A stretch of 32,000 nucleotides of DNA from Vibrio alginolyticus NBRC 15630 = ATCC 17749 (GTDB taxonomy: Bacteria > Pseudomonadota > Gammaproteobacteria > Enterobacterales > Vibrionaceae): contig NC_022349.1 of NCBI RefSeq assembly GCF_000354175.2, positions 3,060,001-3,092,000 on the forward strand, in the 5' to 3' direction. Positions 8,158 to 18,111 of the stretch are shown here, piece after piece. A program made the position numbers and the translations under genes. Numbering within the stretch: the first letter of the stretch is position 1; each line of letters starts with the position of its first letter. A model generated the notes under the pieces. It ran no database searches and was not told the origin of the DNA. It saw only the letters and a program-made list of their open reading frames with translations.

Positions 8158-9285
8158 ATGACTCAACACACTCTTGAAAGAGCGTTTTCTGATTTAGATT
8201 TCGCCATGATGTCACGAGCTATTAAGTTAGCGAAACGTGGCATTTATACCACCGCCCCTAATCCAAATGTAGGGTGTGTCATCGTTCGTGATGAAGAAAT
8301 TGTCGGTGAAGGTTATCACCATCGTGCTGGTGAGCCGCATGCCGAGGTGCACGCGATGCGCATGGCGGGTGAAAAAGCAGTTGGTGCAACCGCTTATGTG
8401 ACGCTAGAACCTTGCTCTCATTACGGCCGTACACCGCCATGTGCCGAAGGGCTGATTAAAGCCAAAGTGGCACGTGTGGTTTGCGCCATGGTAGACCCAA
8501 ACCCGAAAGTTGCAGGTCGCGGCATCCAGATGTTACGTGATGCCGGAATTGAAGTACAAATCGGCTTGTTAGAGCAAGATGCCCTTGCCCTTAACCCTGG
8601 TTTTATAAAGTACATGCGTACAGGCATGCCGTTTGTTCAATTAAAAATGGCAGCCAGTTTGGATGGGCAAAGCGCACTCAGTAATGGTCAGAGCCAATGG
8701 ATCACCTCCCCAGCGGCCCGCCAAGATGTGCAGCGTTATCGAGCGATAAGTGGTGGCATTCTTTCTACTAGCAAAACGGTGATTGATGATAATGCATCAC
8801 TCAATGTGCGCTGGGATGACTTACCTAATAGTGTTCAAGCGCAGTATTTACAAGAAGAGCTTCGTCAACCAGTACGTGTAATCTTAGACCGTCAGAACCA
8901 TTTAACTGATGCGCTCAAGCTGTTCCATACCGATGGAGAACGAGTTATTGTTCGCTCTGATGGAGACTGTATCCCTCTATTGGACAGCGCTGACCAAATT
9001 GACTTATCAACGACATTAAAACGTATCTCGGATGAGCACCACATCAATCACTTATGGGTTGAAGCTGGAGCTACGCTAGCGAGTGCGATGATAAAGGCTA
9101 ATCTTGTAGATGAGCTCATTGTTTACCTTGCGCCAAAACTCATGGGCAGCGATGGTCGGGGGCTTATCGGTGCTTTAGGGTTAAGCGCTATGGCTGACGT
9201 CATAGATTTAAACATTACAGACGTTCGTATGGTTGGGGTAGACATTCGCATCACCGCCACCATAAAACGTAATGAAATTAGATAA
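8158..9285 (+). CDS. ribD: Bifunctional riboflavin biosynthesis protein RibD (pyrimidine deaminase / uracil reductase)
   Basis: Contains the CMP/dCMP deaminase zinc motifs HAEVHA and PCSHYGRTPPC, followed by a reductase domain. It sits in the conserved nrdR-ribD position. Confidence 0.96.
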   Translation: MTQHTLERAFSDLDFAMMSRAIKLAKRGIYTTAPNPNVGCVIVRDEEIVGEGYHHRAGEPHAEVHAMRMAGEKAVGATAYVTLEPCSHYGRTPPCAEGLIKAKVARVVCAMVDPNPKVAGRGIQMLRDAGIEVQIGLLEQDALALNPGFIKYMRTGMPFVQLKMAASLDGQSALSNGQSQWITSPAARQDVQRYRAISGGILSTSKTVIDDNASLNVRWDDLPNSVQAQYLQEELRQPVRVILDRQNHLTDALKLFHTDGERVIVRSDGDCIPLLDSADQIDLSTTLKRISDEHHINHLWVEAGATLASAMIKANLVDELIVYLAPKLMGSDGRGLIGALGLSAMADVIDLNITDVRMVGVDIRITATIKRNEIR

Positions 9286-9293
9286 GAAATAGT

Positions 9294-9947
9294 ATGTTTA
9301 CAGGAATAGTAGAAGCAGTGGGCAAGTTAGCTGCGATTACGCCGAAGGGCGAAGACATCACCGTCACGGTTGAAACGGGTACGCTTGATATGTCAGACGT
9401 TAAGTTAGGCGATAGCATTGCGACCAATGGTGTTTGCTTAACGGTAGTTGACTTCGGAAGCCACTATTACAGTGCTGATCTGTCATTAGAAACCTTGAAG
9501 AAAACTGGGTTTGCTGATTACCAAGTAGGCGATAAGGTGAATCTAGAAAAAGCCATGTTGCCAACAACGCGATTGGGTGGACATATCGTTTCTGGCCATG
9601 TCGATGGGGTTGGTGAAATTGTCGAACGCAATTCAGTTGGCCGTGCGATAGAGTTTTGGGTTGCAATGCCTGCGGAAATTAGCAAGTACGTTGCAGAGAA
9701 AGGCTCGATTACTGTTGATGGTATTAGCCTAACCGTCAACGACTTACGTAAAAATGCTTTTAAGCTGACGATCGTTCCTCATACGAGTGAAGAAACTACG
9801 ATTGACCAGTTTCAAGTGGGGCGCAAAGTCAACTTAGAAGTTGATGTACTTGCGCGTTATATGGAGCGTTTACTGCAAGGACAACAAGAAGATAAGGCCG
9901 AGTCTCGTATCACGATGGACTTTTTACAGCAAAACGGTTTTGCATAA
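9294..9947 (+). CDS. ribE: Riboflavin synthase (alpha chain)
   Basis: Begins MFTGIVEAVGK... and has duplicated lumazine-binding repeats (GDSIATNGVCLTV and GSITVDGISLTV). 217 aa. Confidence 0.96.
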   Translation: MFTGIVEAVGKLAAITPKGEDITVTVETGTLDMSDVKLGDSIATNGVCLTVVDFGSHYYSADLSLETLKKTGFADYQVGDKVNLEKAMLPTTRLGGHIVSGHVDGVGEIVERNSVGRAIEFWVAMPAEISKYVAEKGSITVDGISLTVNDLRKNAFKLTIVPHTSEETTIDQFQVGRKVNLEVDVLARYMERLLQGQQEDKAESRITMDFLQQNGFA

Positions 9948-10120
9948 GTCTTGGGAGTGGCTGCGTGAGGCATGCGATAAAGAGCAGACTCACAGAACAC
10001 CGCGAGATTCATTGACTTGCTTAATGCAAAGCTCAAACTATTGACCTAACTAGCATTCACTGCAACGTAATTTTTCATTGCTGTCGCAATAACAAATTTA
10101 GAATAACGGGATAACAGACT

Positions 10121-11230
10121 ATGCCAATCAGTACGCCACAAGAAATTATTGATGATATTCGCGCAGGCAAAATGGTCATCCTAATGGATGATGAAGACCG
10201 CGAGAATGAAGGTGACTTGATCATGGCTGCCGAGCATATTACGCCGGAAGCCATCAACTTTATGGCAACTTATGGCCGTGGCCTGATTTGTTTAACCATG
10301 ACCAAAGATCGTTGCGAAAGTCTAGGTCTGCCACCAATGGTGCAAGACAATAATGCGCAATACACCACCAACTTTACTGTTTCGATTGAGGCAGCAGAAG
10401 GGGTAACGACTGGTATTTCAGCCGCAGATCGCGCACGTACCGTTCAAGCAGCAGTCGCGCCAAACGCTAAAGCTGCGGATTTGGTGCAGCCTGGTCACAT
10501 CTTCCCTCTCGCAGCTCAAGACGGCGGTGTACTGACTCGCGCAGGTCACACTGAAGCTGGCTGTGATTTGGCTCGTCTTGCTGGTTTAGAGCCAGCATCG
10601 GTGATTGTTGAGATCTTAAATGACGACGGCACGATGGCTCGTCGCCCAGATCTAGAGATCTTTGCAGAGAAGCACGGTATTAAATTGGGCACTATTGCCG
10701 ACCTAATTGAGTACCGCAATAACACTGAGACAACGATTGAACGTGTGGCAGAGTGCAAGTTACCGACAGAGTTTGGCGAGTTCACGTTAGTCACGTACAA
10801 AGACACCATTGATAACCAAGTGCACTACGCAATGTGCAAGGGCGATTTGAAAGAAAAAGCGCCACTGGTTCGCGTTCATCTTCAAGACGTTTTTACCGAC
10901 TTACTACGTAGCGATCGTAATGCAGAGCGCAGCTGGACACTAGATAAGGCAATGAAACGCATTGGTGAAGAAGGCGGTGTGCTGGTTGTTCTTGGCCATG
11001 AAGAATCGACCGATCTACTTATTCATCGCGTGAAGATGTTCGAAGCGCAAGACAAAGGTGAAGCCCCAACGCTTGCTAAAAAACAAGGCACGTCTCGCCG
11101 TGTTGGCGTTGGTTCACAGATTCTTGCGGATCTCGGTGTACATGATATGCGCCTTCTGTCATCGACCAACAAAAAGTACCACGCGTTAGGTGGTTTTGGT
11201 CTGAACGTTGTTGAGTACGTCTGCGAGTAA
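10121..11230 (+). CDS. ribB: 3,4-dihydroxy-2-butanone-4-phosphate synthase fused to a degenerate GTP cyclohydrolase II-like domain (RibBX-type RibBA)
   Basis: The N-terminal half carries RibB motifs ([19 protein letters not shown]). The C-terminal half aligns to RibA but has HLQDVFTD...SDRNAERSW where RibA has HSECLTGD...SLRCDCGFQ, so all three zinc-ligand Cys are missing. Confidence 0.9.
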   Translation: MPISTPQEIIDDIRAGKMVILMDDEDRENEGDLIMAAEHITPEAINFMATYGRGLICLTMTKDRCESLGLPPMVQDNNAQYTTNFTVSIEAAEGVTTGISAADRARTVQAAVAPNAKAADLVQPGHIFPLAAQDGGVLTRAGHTEAGCDLARLAGLEPASVIVEILNDDGTMARRPDLEIFAEKHGIKLGTIADLIEYRNNTETTIERVAECKLPTEFGEFTLVTYKDTIDNQVHYAMCKGDLKEKAPLVRVHLQDVFTDLLRSDRNAERSWTLDKAMKRIGEEGGVLVVLGHEESTDLLIHRVKMFEAQDKGEAPTLAKKQGTSRRVGVGSQILADLGVHDMRLLSSTNKKYHALGGFGLNVVEYVCE

Positions 11231-11399
11231 CAACCGAACAATAAGTTCCTAGTCTTTGACGTGCTTAACTCGTCAATGGCTAGGAACCGGTGATTTGCCT
11301 CCAATTTCCATTAGATATTGCTCACAAATTTGTGCTAGAATCCGGCGATTCTCACTTGATGAACATATTTCACTTATAAATAGAGTTAAAGGAAAGCTT

Positions 11400-11870
11400 A
11401 TGAAAGTGATCGAGGGTGGCTTCCCAGCGCCAAATGCAAAAATTGCTATCGTTATTTCTCGTTTCAACAGTTTTATTAACGAAAGCCTACTTTCTGGTGC
11501 GATCGATACACTAAAGCGTCACGGACAAGTAAGCGAAGACAACATCACGGTTGTGCGTTGTCCAGGTGCCGTAGAACTACCTCTAGTAGCTCAGCGTGTT
11601 GCTAAAACTGGCAAATTCGACGCTATTGTTTCTCTAGGGTCTGTTATTCGCGGTGGAACGCCTCACTTTGACTATGTTTGTAGTGAAATGAACAAAGGTC
11701 TAGCACAAGTGTCTATGGAATTCAGCATTCCAGTAGCATTTGGTGTTTTGACTGTTGATACGATCGATCAAGCGATTGAACGCGCAGGAACCAAGGCTGG
11801 TAATAAAGGTGCAGAGGCTGCACTAAGCGCACTTGAAATGATTAATGTACTATCTGAAATTGATTCCTAA
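11400..11870 (+). CDS. ribH: 6,7-dimethyl-8-ribityllumazine synthase
   Basis: [26 protein letters not shown]... gives 156 aa from ATG 11400, the canonical length. The 48 upstream codons in the track are intergenic read-through. Confidence 0.96.
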   Translation: MKVIEGGFPAPNAKIAIVISRFNSFINESLLSGAIDTLKRHGQVSEDNITVVRCPGAVELPLVAQRVAKTGKFDAIVSLGSVIRGGTPHFDYVCSEMNKGLAQVSMEFSIPVAFGVLTVDTIDQAIERAGTKAGNKGAEAALSALEMINVLSEIDS

Positions 11871-12337
11871 TGGGGGCCAGTGTGAAACCAGCCGCACGTC
11901 GTAACGCACGTCAATTCGCTCTACAGGCGATCTACTCATGGCAAATTACTAAAGAGAATGTTGCCAAGATTGAAGAACAGTTTTTGTCTGGCGACAAATA
12001 CGATGAAGAAGAACTTCATGCATCTGAGCCAGCGCTTGCTGCTCCAGAGACAGACGTAGCTTACTTCCGTGAACTATTAAGCGGTGTTGTACTTAGCCAC
12101 GCTGAGCTAGATAGCAAAATTCGTCCATACATTTCTCGTCCTATGCAGGATTTAGATATGATGGAACTTGCTCTTCTTCGCCTTGCTATGTACGAGATGA
12201 CTCGTCGCGAAGATGTTCCTTACAAAGTTGTTATCAATGAAGCGATTGAACTTGCAAAAGTTTTCGCAGCAGAAGATAGCCACAAGTTTGTGAATGGTGT
12301 ACTCGATAAAGCAGCACCTCACATTCGTAAGAAATAA
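11870..12337 (+). CDS. nusB: Transcription antitermination factor NusB
   Basis: [20 protein letters not shown] is the NusB N-terminus. ATG 11870 overlaps the ribH stop (TAATG). GTG 11882 would match the E. coli start (MKPAARR) better. Confidence 0.95.
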   Translation: MGASVKPAARRNARQFALQAIYSWQITKENVAKIEEQFLSGDKYDEEELHASEPALAAPETDVAYFRELLSGVVLSHAELDSKIRPYISRPMQDLDMMELALLRLAMYEMTRREDVPYKVVINEAIELAKVFAAEDSHKFVNGVLDKAAPHIRKK

Positions 12338-12351
12338 CGATTTCTTCAATG

Positions 12352-12380
12352 AAAAGGTCAGCACATGCTGACCTTTTTTG
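12352..12380 (+). terminator. Rho-independent terminator after nusB
   Basis: AGGTCAGC-acat-GCTGACCT hairpin followed by T6. Confidence 0.85.
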
Positions 12381-12415
12381 TATCAAAAGCTTTTACATCA
12401 AAAAGTAAGTGAATT

Positions 12416-13381
12416 ATGTCTGGTGAATTTAATCTGATAGACAAGTACTTCGTCGGTCGTCAGAGCCAACGTAAAGATGTCCATCTAGCCGCTGGTGATG
12501 ATTGTGCTTTGGTCAAAGCGCCAGCTAATGTTCAGATTGCGATTAGCACGGATACATTGGTAGCTGGAACGCATTTCTTAGTCGACGCGAACCCAGCATG
12601 GGTCGCACACAAAGCATTGGCTTCTAACATCAGTGATTTGGCGGCGATGGGCGCAACGCCTGCGTGGGTGAGCTTTGCATTAACGATGCCTGAGCCAGAT
12701 GAAGAATGGCTTGCTCCTTTCTGTGATGCATTTTTCGAACTGGCTGATTACTATGGTATTCAGTTAATAGGCGGTGATACCACCAAAGGGCCATTGTGTC
12801 TGACACTCACGGTGCAAGGTTTTGTACCTGAAGACAAAGCGCTCACGCGATCCGGAGCCAAGCCTGGGGATTGGGTATATGTAACGGGAAACCTTGGCGA
12901 TGCAAAAGCTGGCTTGGATGTGATTCTAGATGACTCTCTGCGCAGCAGAGCCGGCGCGGAAGCACTAGAGCGAGCTCATTACCTTAGTTCTCCGCGTGTG
13001 CTTGCTGGACAAGCTCTTGTTGGCTTAGCCTCGTCGGCGATAGATATTTCAGATGGTTTAATCTCTGATATTAAGCACATTTTACAGCGATCTCAGGTTG
13101 GGGTGAGTATTGATGTCTCTCAGCTACCGATCTCTTCAGAATTAGTCCAGTTTTTAGATGATAAGATCAGCGCGCAGCAGTATGCTTTAGCAAGTGGCGA
13201 AGAATACGAGTTGTGTTTTACCGTGCCGGAGCAAAATCGAGGCTCGTTACAAAGCGCTTTATCTCATACTGGCTGTAAGGTCACATGTATTGGTCAAATC
13301 CGACCAAATGGAACCTTCGAGCTGCATGATAACAATCAACCACTTGATTGGGACTTAAGTGGCTTCGACCACTTTAAATGA
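12416..13381 (+). CDS. thiL: Thiamine-monophosphate kinase
   Basis: 321 aa with an AIR-synthase-like fold (GDDCALV, SDLAAMGATP, GGDTTKG). It sits in the conserved nusB-thiL-pgpA order. Confidence 0.94.
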   Translation: MSGEFNLIDKYFVGRQSQRKDVHLAAGDDCALVKAPANVQIAISTDTLVAGTHFLVDANPAWVAHKALASNISDLAAMGATPAWVSFALTMPEPDEEWLAPFCDAFFELADYYGIQLIGGDTTKGPLCLTLTVQGFVPEDKALTRSGAKPGDWVYVTGNLGDAKAGLDVILDDSLRSRAGAEALERAHYLSSPRVLAGQALVGLASSAIDISDGLISDIKHILQRSQVGVSIDVSQLPISSELVQFLDDKISAQQYALASGEEYELCFTVPEQNRGSLQSALSHTGCKVTCIGQIRPNGTFELHDNNQPLDWDLSGFDHFK

Positions 13382-13472
13382 TCTGAGCTAAGCTCTAGCC
13401 AAGAGCCTGTTACTATTGAGTAACTCGCAGGCATGACGATTGAAACCAAACTAGCAGTATAGGTTTAAGGAT

Positions 13473-13979
13473 ATGACCAACCCTCTTTCTCTGATTTCAT
13501 TAAAGAACCCGTGGCATCTATTGGCGACGGGTTTTGGCAGTGGATTATCCCCGTTTATCCCTGGAACAATGGGCACACTGGCGGCCGTGCCTTTCTTTTT
13601 GTTGTTGGCACAATTACCATTTACGGCGTATGTCATTGTTGTTCTGATTTCGTGTGTGATCGGCATTCAAATATGCCAAGTGACGTCTGCAGACATGAAG
13701 GTGCATGATCATGGTTCAATCGTATGGGATGAGTTTGCGGGCTTTTGGATTACGATGAGCATTGTACCTGCACTGAATATTCCACTCACTGAATGGAAGT
13801 GGTTGATCACTGGCTTCATCTTATTTCGTTTTTTCGATATGGTAAAACCTTGGCCAATTGGGTGGCTAGATAAGCGAGTTCACGGTGGGCTGGGTATTAT
13901 GGTTGATGATATCGTGGCGGGAATTATGGCTGGTGTTGCCCTGTTTCTAGTCGCAAAATACGCTGGCTGGATGAATTAA
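13473..13979 (+). CDS. pgpA: Phosphatidylglycerophosphatase A
   Basis: 168-aa membrane protein with LATGFGSGLSPFIPGTMGTLAA and FRFFDMVKPWPI..D motifs typical of PgpA. Confidence 0.93.
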   Translation: MTNPLSLISLKNPWHLLATGFGSGLSPFIPGTMGTLAAVPFFLLLAQLPFTAYVIVVLISCVIGIQICQVTSADMKVHDHGSIVWDEFAGFWITMSIVPALNIPLTEWKWLITGFILFRFFDMVKPWPIGWLDKRVHGGLGIMVDDIVAGIMAGVALFLVAKYAGWMN

Positions 13980-14002
13980 ACCATGAACTAAACACTGGAC
14001 GT

Positions 14003-14032
14003 AAAAAAGGGATGCCATGAGCATCCCTTTTT
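14003..14032. terminator. Bidirectional terminator shared by convergent pgpA and dxs
   Basis: AAAAAA-GGGATGC-catga-GCATCCC-TTTTT. A/T tracts on both sides. Confidence 0.85.
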
Positions 14033-14037
14033 ACATG

Positions 14038-15903
14038 CTATTTTGCTAAATAATCCAAGATGGATTTTTCAATTCCTTTTGCATCGAGACCAAGCTCTTC
14101 ATGCAGTTCATCTTGTGTTCCCTGATGAATAAACTCATCTGGTAAACCTAGGTTCAACACAGGTTTAATGATTTTATCTTTCATCATGAACTCAACGACA
14201 CCAGCACCAGCACCACCCGCGATAACATTTTCTTCTAACGTCACGAGCACGTCATGATCTGCGGCTAATTGACGAATTAATGCTTCATCGAGCGGCTTCA
14301 CAAAGCGCATATCAGCAACAGTGGCGTTAAGGTATTCTGCCGCTTCTAGCGCGTTACCCAAGAAAGTACCAAAGTTCAGAATAGCAACTTTTTCACCTTG
14401 GCGAACCATGCGCCCTTTACCGATTTCTAACGCTGTAAACTCAGTTTCGATTTCTACGCCCATGCCGCTACCACGAGGGTATCGAACCGCACTCGGGCCA
14501 GCATGTTTATGGCCAGTGTAAAGCATTTGTCGGCACTCGTTTTCGTCGCTTGGCGCCATGATCACCATGTTCGGAATACAGCGCATAAAGCTCAAATCGA
14601 ACGCACCTTGGTGAGTTTGACCATCTGCGCCAACGAGACCTGCGCGGTCGATCGCAAACATCACTGGTAAGTCCATGATCGCGATGTCGTGGATCAATTG
14701 GTCATAACCACGTTGCAAGAAAGTCGAATAGATAGCAACGATTGGATGATCGCCCGCAATTGCCATGCCTGTTGCCAGTGTCACAGCGTGCTGCTCAGCA
14801 ATCGCCACATCAAAGTATTGGTCTGGGTACTCTTTTGAGAAACGCACCATACCTGATCCTTCGCGCATTGCTGGCGTAATTGCCATTAGCTTAGGATCTT
14901 GGGCCGCCATGTCACATAAAAAGTCACCGAAGATCTTTGAGTAAGTTGGCTTACCGCCACTGCTCTTCGGCAGACAATTATGCGTTGGATCGAATTTAGG
15001 AACACCATGGTAGCCGATAGGATCTTTCTCGGCAGGCTCATAACCTTTGCCTTTCTTGGTCATGATGTGTAGGAATTGAGGGCCTTTGAGCTCACGCATG
15101 TTTTTTAGCGTTTTGACGAGTTCATTGACGTCGTGTCCATCAATCGGGCCAATGTAATTAAAGCCGAACTCTTCGAACAGAGTACCAGGCACTACCATGC
15201 CTTTGAGGTGTTCTTCCGTACGGCGAACCAACTCTTTAATAGGTGGAACACCAGACAACACTTTTTTACCGCCTTCACGGATAGAAGTGTACAAGCTGCC
15301 AGAAAGTACTTTCGCAAGGTGGTTATTCAGGGCGCCGACGTTTTCTGAAATCGACATTTCGTTGTCGTTCAAAATCACCAACATATCAGGATGAACGTCG
15401 CCAGCGTGGTTCATGGCTTCGAATGCCATGCCTGCTGTAATTGCGCCATCACCAATCACACTGACAATTTTACGGCCTTTGCCTTCTTTTTGTGCGCTGA
15501 TGGCCAAGCCAAGACCTGCACTAATCGATGTCGAAGAGTGGCCGACAGATAAGGTGTCATATTCACTTTCTTCACGCCAAGGGAAAGGGTGTAGACCATC
15601 CTTTTGGCGAATTGTTGGCATTTTATCGCGACGTCCGGTGAGGATTTTGTGCGGGTAAGCCTGATGACCAACATCCCAGATCAATTTGTCGATAGGGGTG
15701 TTGTAAACATAATGCAGAGCGACAGTTAGCTCTACGGTGCCTAAGCCAGACGCTAAGTGTCCGCTAGATTGGCTCACTGAATTTAGCAGATACGTTCGCA
15801 GTTCATCACACAGATTTGGTAATGTTTCTTTCGGAAGAAGACGTAATTCTTCCGGTGTATTTGCTAACGCCAGTGTTGGGTACTTTGAAATATCAAGAGT
15901 CAT
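14038..15903 (-). CDS. dxs: 1-deoxy-D-xylulose-5-phosphate synthase
   Basis: 621 aa, with [20 protein letters not shown] and the TPP-binding [18 protein letters not shown], colinear with E. coli Dxs. Confidence 0.97.
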   Translation of the reverse strand: MTLDISKYPTLALANTPEELRLLPKETLPNLCDELRTYLLNSVSQSSGHLASGLGTVELTVALHYVYNTPIDKLIWDVGHQAYPHKILTGRRDKMPTIRQKDGLHPFPWREESEYDTLSVGHSSTSISAGLGLAISAQKEGKGRKIVSVIGDGAITAGMAFEAMNHAGDVHPDMLVILNDNEMSISENVGALNNHLAKVLSGSLYTSIREGGKKVLSGVPPIKELVRRTEEHLKGMVVPGTLFEEFGFNYIGPIDGHDVNELVKTLKNMRELKGPQFLHIMTKKGKGYEPAEKDPIGYHGVPKFDPTHNCLPKSSGGKPTYSKIFGDFLCDMAAQDPKLMAITPAMREGSGMVRFSKEYPDQYFDVAIAEQHAVTLATGMAIAGDHPIVAIYSTFLQRGYDQLIHDIAIMDLPVMFAIDRAGLVGADGQTHQGAFDLSFMRCIPNMVIMAPSDENECRQMLYTGHKHAGPSAVRYPRGSGMGVEIETEFTALEIGKGRMVRQGEKVAILNFGTFLGNALEAAEYLNATVADMRFVKPLDEALIRQLAADHDVLVTLEENVIAGGAGAGVVEFMMKDKIIKPVLNLGLPDEFIHQGTQDELHEELGLDAKGIEKSILDYLAK

Positions 15904-15923
15904 ATAAATGCGCGCTTATAGTG

Positions 15924-16820
15924 TTAATTTTTGCGCTCGATGACATATCGGGCGAACTCTTCGAGTAACTGAGTATTGTATGGGATAGCTTCCAATGCTT
16001 GAAGTGCTTCCTGTAACAGAGTGTGAGCTTTCTCTATGGCTCCCTCTAAACCCAGCAGGGAAGGATAAGTGCTCTTATTCAGACCTTGGTCGGAACCTTG
16101 AGGCTTACCCAGTGTTTCTGTGTCACTGATGATATCAAGAATATCGTCTTGAACCTGAAACGCCAAACCAATTGCTTTTGAGTAGCGCTCCAAGTGAGGT
16201 AGAACCTCGATACCTTTCTCACCAGCAGCTAATGCACCTAATTTTACCGCACAATCAATCAGAGCTCCGGTTTTTTTACGGTGTATCTCTTCCATTTCTT
16301 CAAGAGAAACTTGGCGATTTTCCGCGCCTAAATCTAAGGCTTGCCCTACACACATGCCGCTGGCACCAGAAGAATGCGCTAATGCTTTGATCATGTTGAT
16401 GCGTTGAGCTTCTGCCGCCGGGCTTAATTGACCATCAGCAATGATAGTGAAGGCAAGGGTTTGTAGTGCATCACCTGTCAGTATTGCGGTTGCTTCATCA
16501 AACTTAATATGACAAGTTGGTTGACCTCGACGCAGTTCATCATCGTCCATGGCTGGCAGATCATCATGAATGAGTGAGTAGGCATGTATACATTCGATAG
16601 CAGCGGCGGGGGTGTCTAAGTCTTCAGGTTTACAGCCGAGCATTTGACCTGTGATGTAAACAAGAAAAGGGCGAACGCGTTTTCCACCTAGCAAAAGGCC
16701 GTATTTCATTGCTTGAATCAATGGCTGCTCTTGATATGGAAGCTGATCGAGCCACAAATTCAATTGCTGATTGTTTCTTTGTTGAAAAGACGTCAATGTC
16801 TGTTGCATCACATTGCTCAC
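15924..16820 (-). CDS. ispA: (2E,6E)-farnesyl diphosphate synthase
   Basis: Contains the two Asp-rich motifs LIHDDLPAMDDDELRRG and FQVQDDILD. GTG start. Conserved xseB-ispA-dxs operon. Confidence 0.96.
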   Translation of the reverse strand: MSNVMQQTLTSFQQRNNQQLNLWLDQLPYQEQPLIQAMKYGLLLGGKRVRPFLVYITGQMLGCKPEDLDTPAAAIECIHAYSLIHDDLPAMDDDELRRGQPTCHIKFDEATAILTGDALQTLAFTIIADGQLSPAAEAQRINMIKALAHSSGASGMCVGQALDLGAENRQVSLEEMEEIHRKKTGALIDCAVKLGALAAGEKGIEVLPHLERYSKAIGLAFQVQDDILDIISDTETLGKPQGSDQGLNKSTYPSLLGLEGAIEKAHTLLQEALQALEAIPYNTQLLEEFARYVIERKN

Positions 16821-16829
16821 TACTGATTG

Positions 16830-17072
16830 TTATTCTGAATCTGGTTTGAAGTCACTCAGTGGTGCTTCATCATCTTCACTAAGAAGAATGCTCACGCGCT
16901 GTTCGGCGTCGCTTAATTTAGTTTGGCCTGCACGAGCTAAGGCAATGCCTCGTTCAAACTTACGCAGGGCATCATCTAGAGCAAGATCGCCATTTTCTAA
17001 TTGATCAACCAAGCTATCAAGCTCTTCAATGGTTGCTTCAAAGGTCATGTTTTCTGGTTTCTTGACCGCCAT
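16830..17072 (-). CDS. xseB: Exodeoxyribonuclease VII small subunit
   Basis: 80 aa, FEATIEELDSLVDQLENGDLALDDALRKFERGIAL, typical XseB. Confidence 0.95.
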   Translation of the reverse strand: MAVKKPENMTFEATIEELDSLVDQLENGDLALDDALRKFERGIALARAGQTKLSDAEQRVSILLSEDDEAPLSDFKPDSE

Positions 17073-17150
17073 CTTTTTTCTGCCTTAATCAAGCCTCGGG
17101 TAAGATGCACGAAAGTTACCTTAGCCTAGTAACTTGGTCAAATTTAACCT

Positions 17151-17179
17151 TATATAATTGTCACAAAATTAGCGTTCAA
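17151..17179 (-). promoter_or_regulatory. Candidate sigma70 promoter for xseB-ispA-dxs (TTGAAC-N17-TATATA)
   Basis: On the reverse strand the -35 is TTGAAC (17179-17174), followed by a 17-nt spacer and the -10 TATATA (17156-17151). This lies about 75 nt upstream of the xseB ATG. Confidence 0.4.
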
Positions 17180-17255
17180 CGAGTCTAAGCGGTGAAACCC
17201 CATATTTTGGTTGAGGTTGTTAGGTGTAATTTGTGATCCATTAGCTAAGATTTTT

Positions 17256-17283
17256 CTAAAAATTCTGCGCGAGTTGTCGATAC
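17256..17283 (+). promoter_or_regulatory. Sigma28 (FliA)-type promoter upstream of pomA (CTAAA-N15-GTCGATAC)
   Basis: TAAA (17257-17260), N15, then GTCGATAC (17276-17283), compared with the consensus TAAA-N15-GCCGATAA. Late-class sigma28 dependence is expected for polar flagellar motor genes in Vibrio. Confidence 0.5.
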
Positions 17284-17335
17284 AGGTAATAATCCGCCCA
17301 ATGGCAGTATTTGAGTATAGCGTGAGGAGTGCTTT

Positions 17336-18097
17336 GTGGATTTAGCAACCCTATTAGGTTTGATTGGTGGTTTTGCATTCGTCATTATGGCGATGGTGCT
17401 TGGTGGCAGCATCGGCATGTTTGTCGATGTCACGTCGATCCTTATTGTCGTTGGTGGCTCAATATTCGTCGTGTTGATGAAGTTCACAATGGGACAGTTT
17501 TTTGGTGCGACAAAGATTGCTGGCAAAGCCTTCATGTTTAAAGCGGATGAACCCGAAGACCTGATCGCAAAAATTGTGGAAATGGCCGATGCGGCGCGTA
17601 AAGGTGGTTTTCTTGCTCTTGAAGAGATGGAAATAAACAACACATTCATGCAGAAAGGCATTGATCTACTGGTTGATGGCCATGATGCCGACGTTGTGAG
17701 AGCGGCACTCAAAAAAGACATCGCGCTTACGGATGAACGACATACGCAAGGTACTGGTGTATTTCGCGCCTTTGGCGACGTTGCTCCTGCGATGGGAATG
17801 ATTGGCACCTTGGTTGGTCTTGTTGCGATGCTTTCAAACATGGATGACCCTAAAGCGATTGGACCAGCAATGGCCGTTGCACTCTTGACCACATTGTATG
17901 GCGCGATCCTGTCCAATATGGTGTTTTTCCCTATTGCGGATAAACTTTCTCTTCGCCGTGACCAAGAAACGCTAAATCGCCGTTTGATCATGGATGGCGT
18001 ATTAGCGATTCAAGATGGCCAAAACCCGCGAGTGATCGATAGTTACTTGAAGAACTACCTCAATGAAGGTAAACGTGCCCTTGAGATTGACGAGTAA
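17336..18097 (+). CDS. pomA: Sodium-driven polar flagellar stator protein PomA (MotA family)
   Basis: 253 aa beginning MDLATLLGLIGGFAFVIMAMVLGG..., recognised as Vibrio PomA. GTG start with a GAGGAG SD. Confidence 0.96.
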   Translation: MDLATLLGLIGGFAFVIMAMVLGGSIGMFVDVTSILIVVGGSIFVVLMKFTMGQFFGATKIAGKAFMFKADEPEDLIAKIVEMADAARKGGFLALEEMEINNTFMQKGIDLLVDGHDADVVRAALKKDIALTDERHTQGTGVFRAFGDVAPAMGMIGTLVGLVAMLSNMDDPKAIGPAMAVALLTTLYGAILSNMVFFPIADKLSLRRDQETLNRRLIMDGVLAIQDGQNPRVIDSYLKNYLNEGKRALEIDE

Positions 18098-18111
18098 CTT
18101 GGAGAGTCGTG

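Noticed and set aside
7495-10120. FMN riboswitch (RFN element) upstream of the rib genes, checked in 7495-7700 and 9948-10120
   Set aside because: I could not find the conserved RFN core strings or a multi-stem junction, and no terminator or anti-terminator pair is present. This operon appears riboswitch-free. An FMN element, if present in the genome, is likely in front of a separate ribB or transporter.
17245-17991. 248-aa ORF antisense to almost all of pomA
   Set aside because: The shadow frame is opposite a well-supported membrane-protein gene. The product is low-complexity (Ser/Pro/Ala/Ile-rich), has no SD, and extends into the pomA promoter region. Long antisense ORFs of this kind are a codon-bias artefact.
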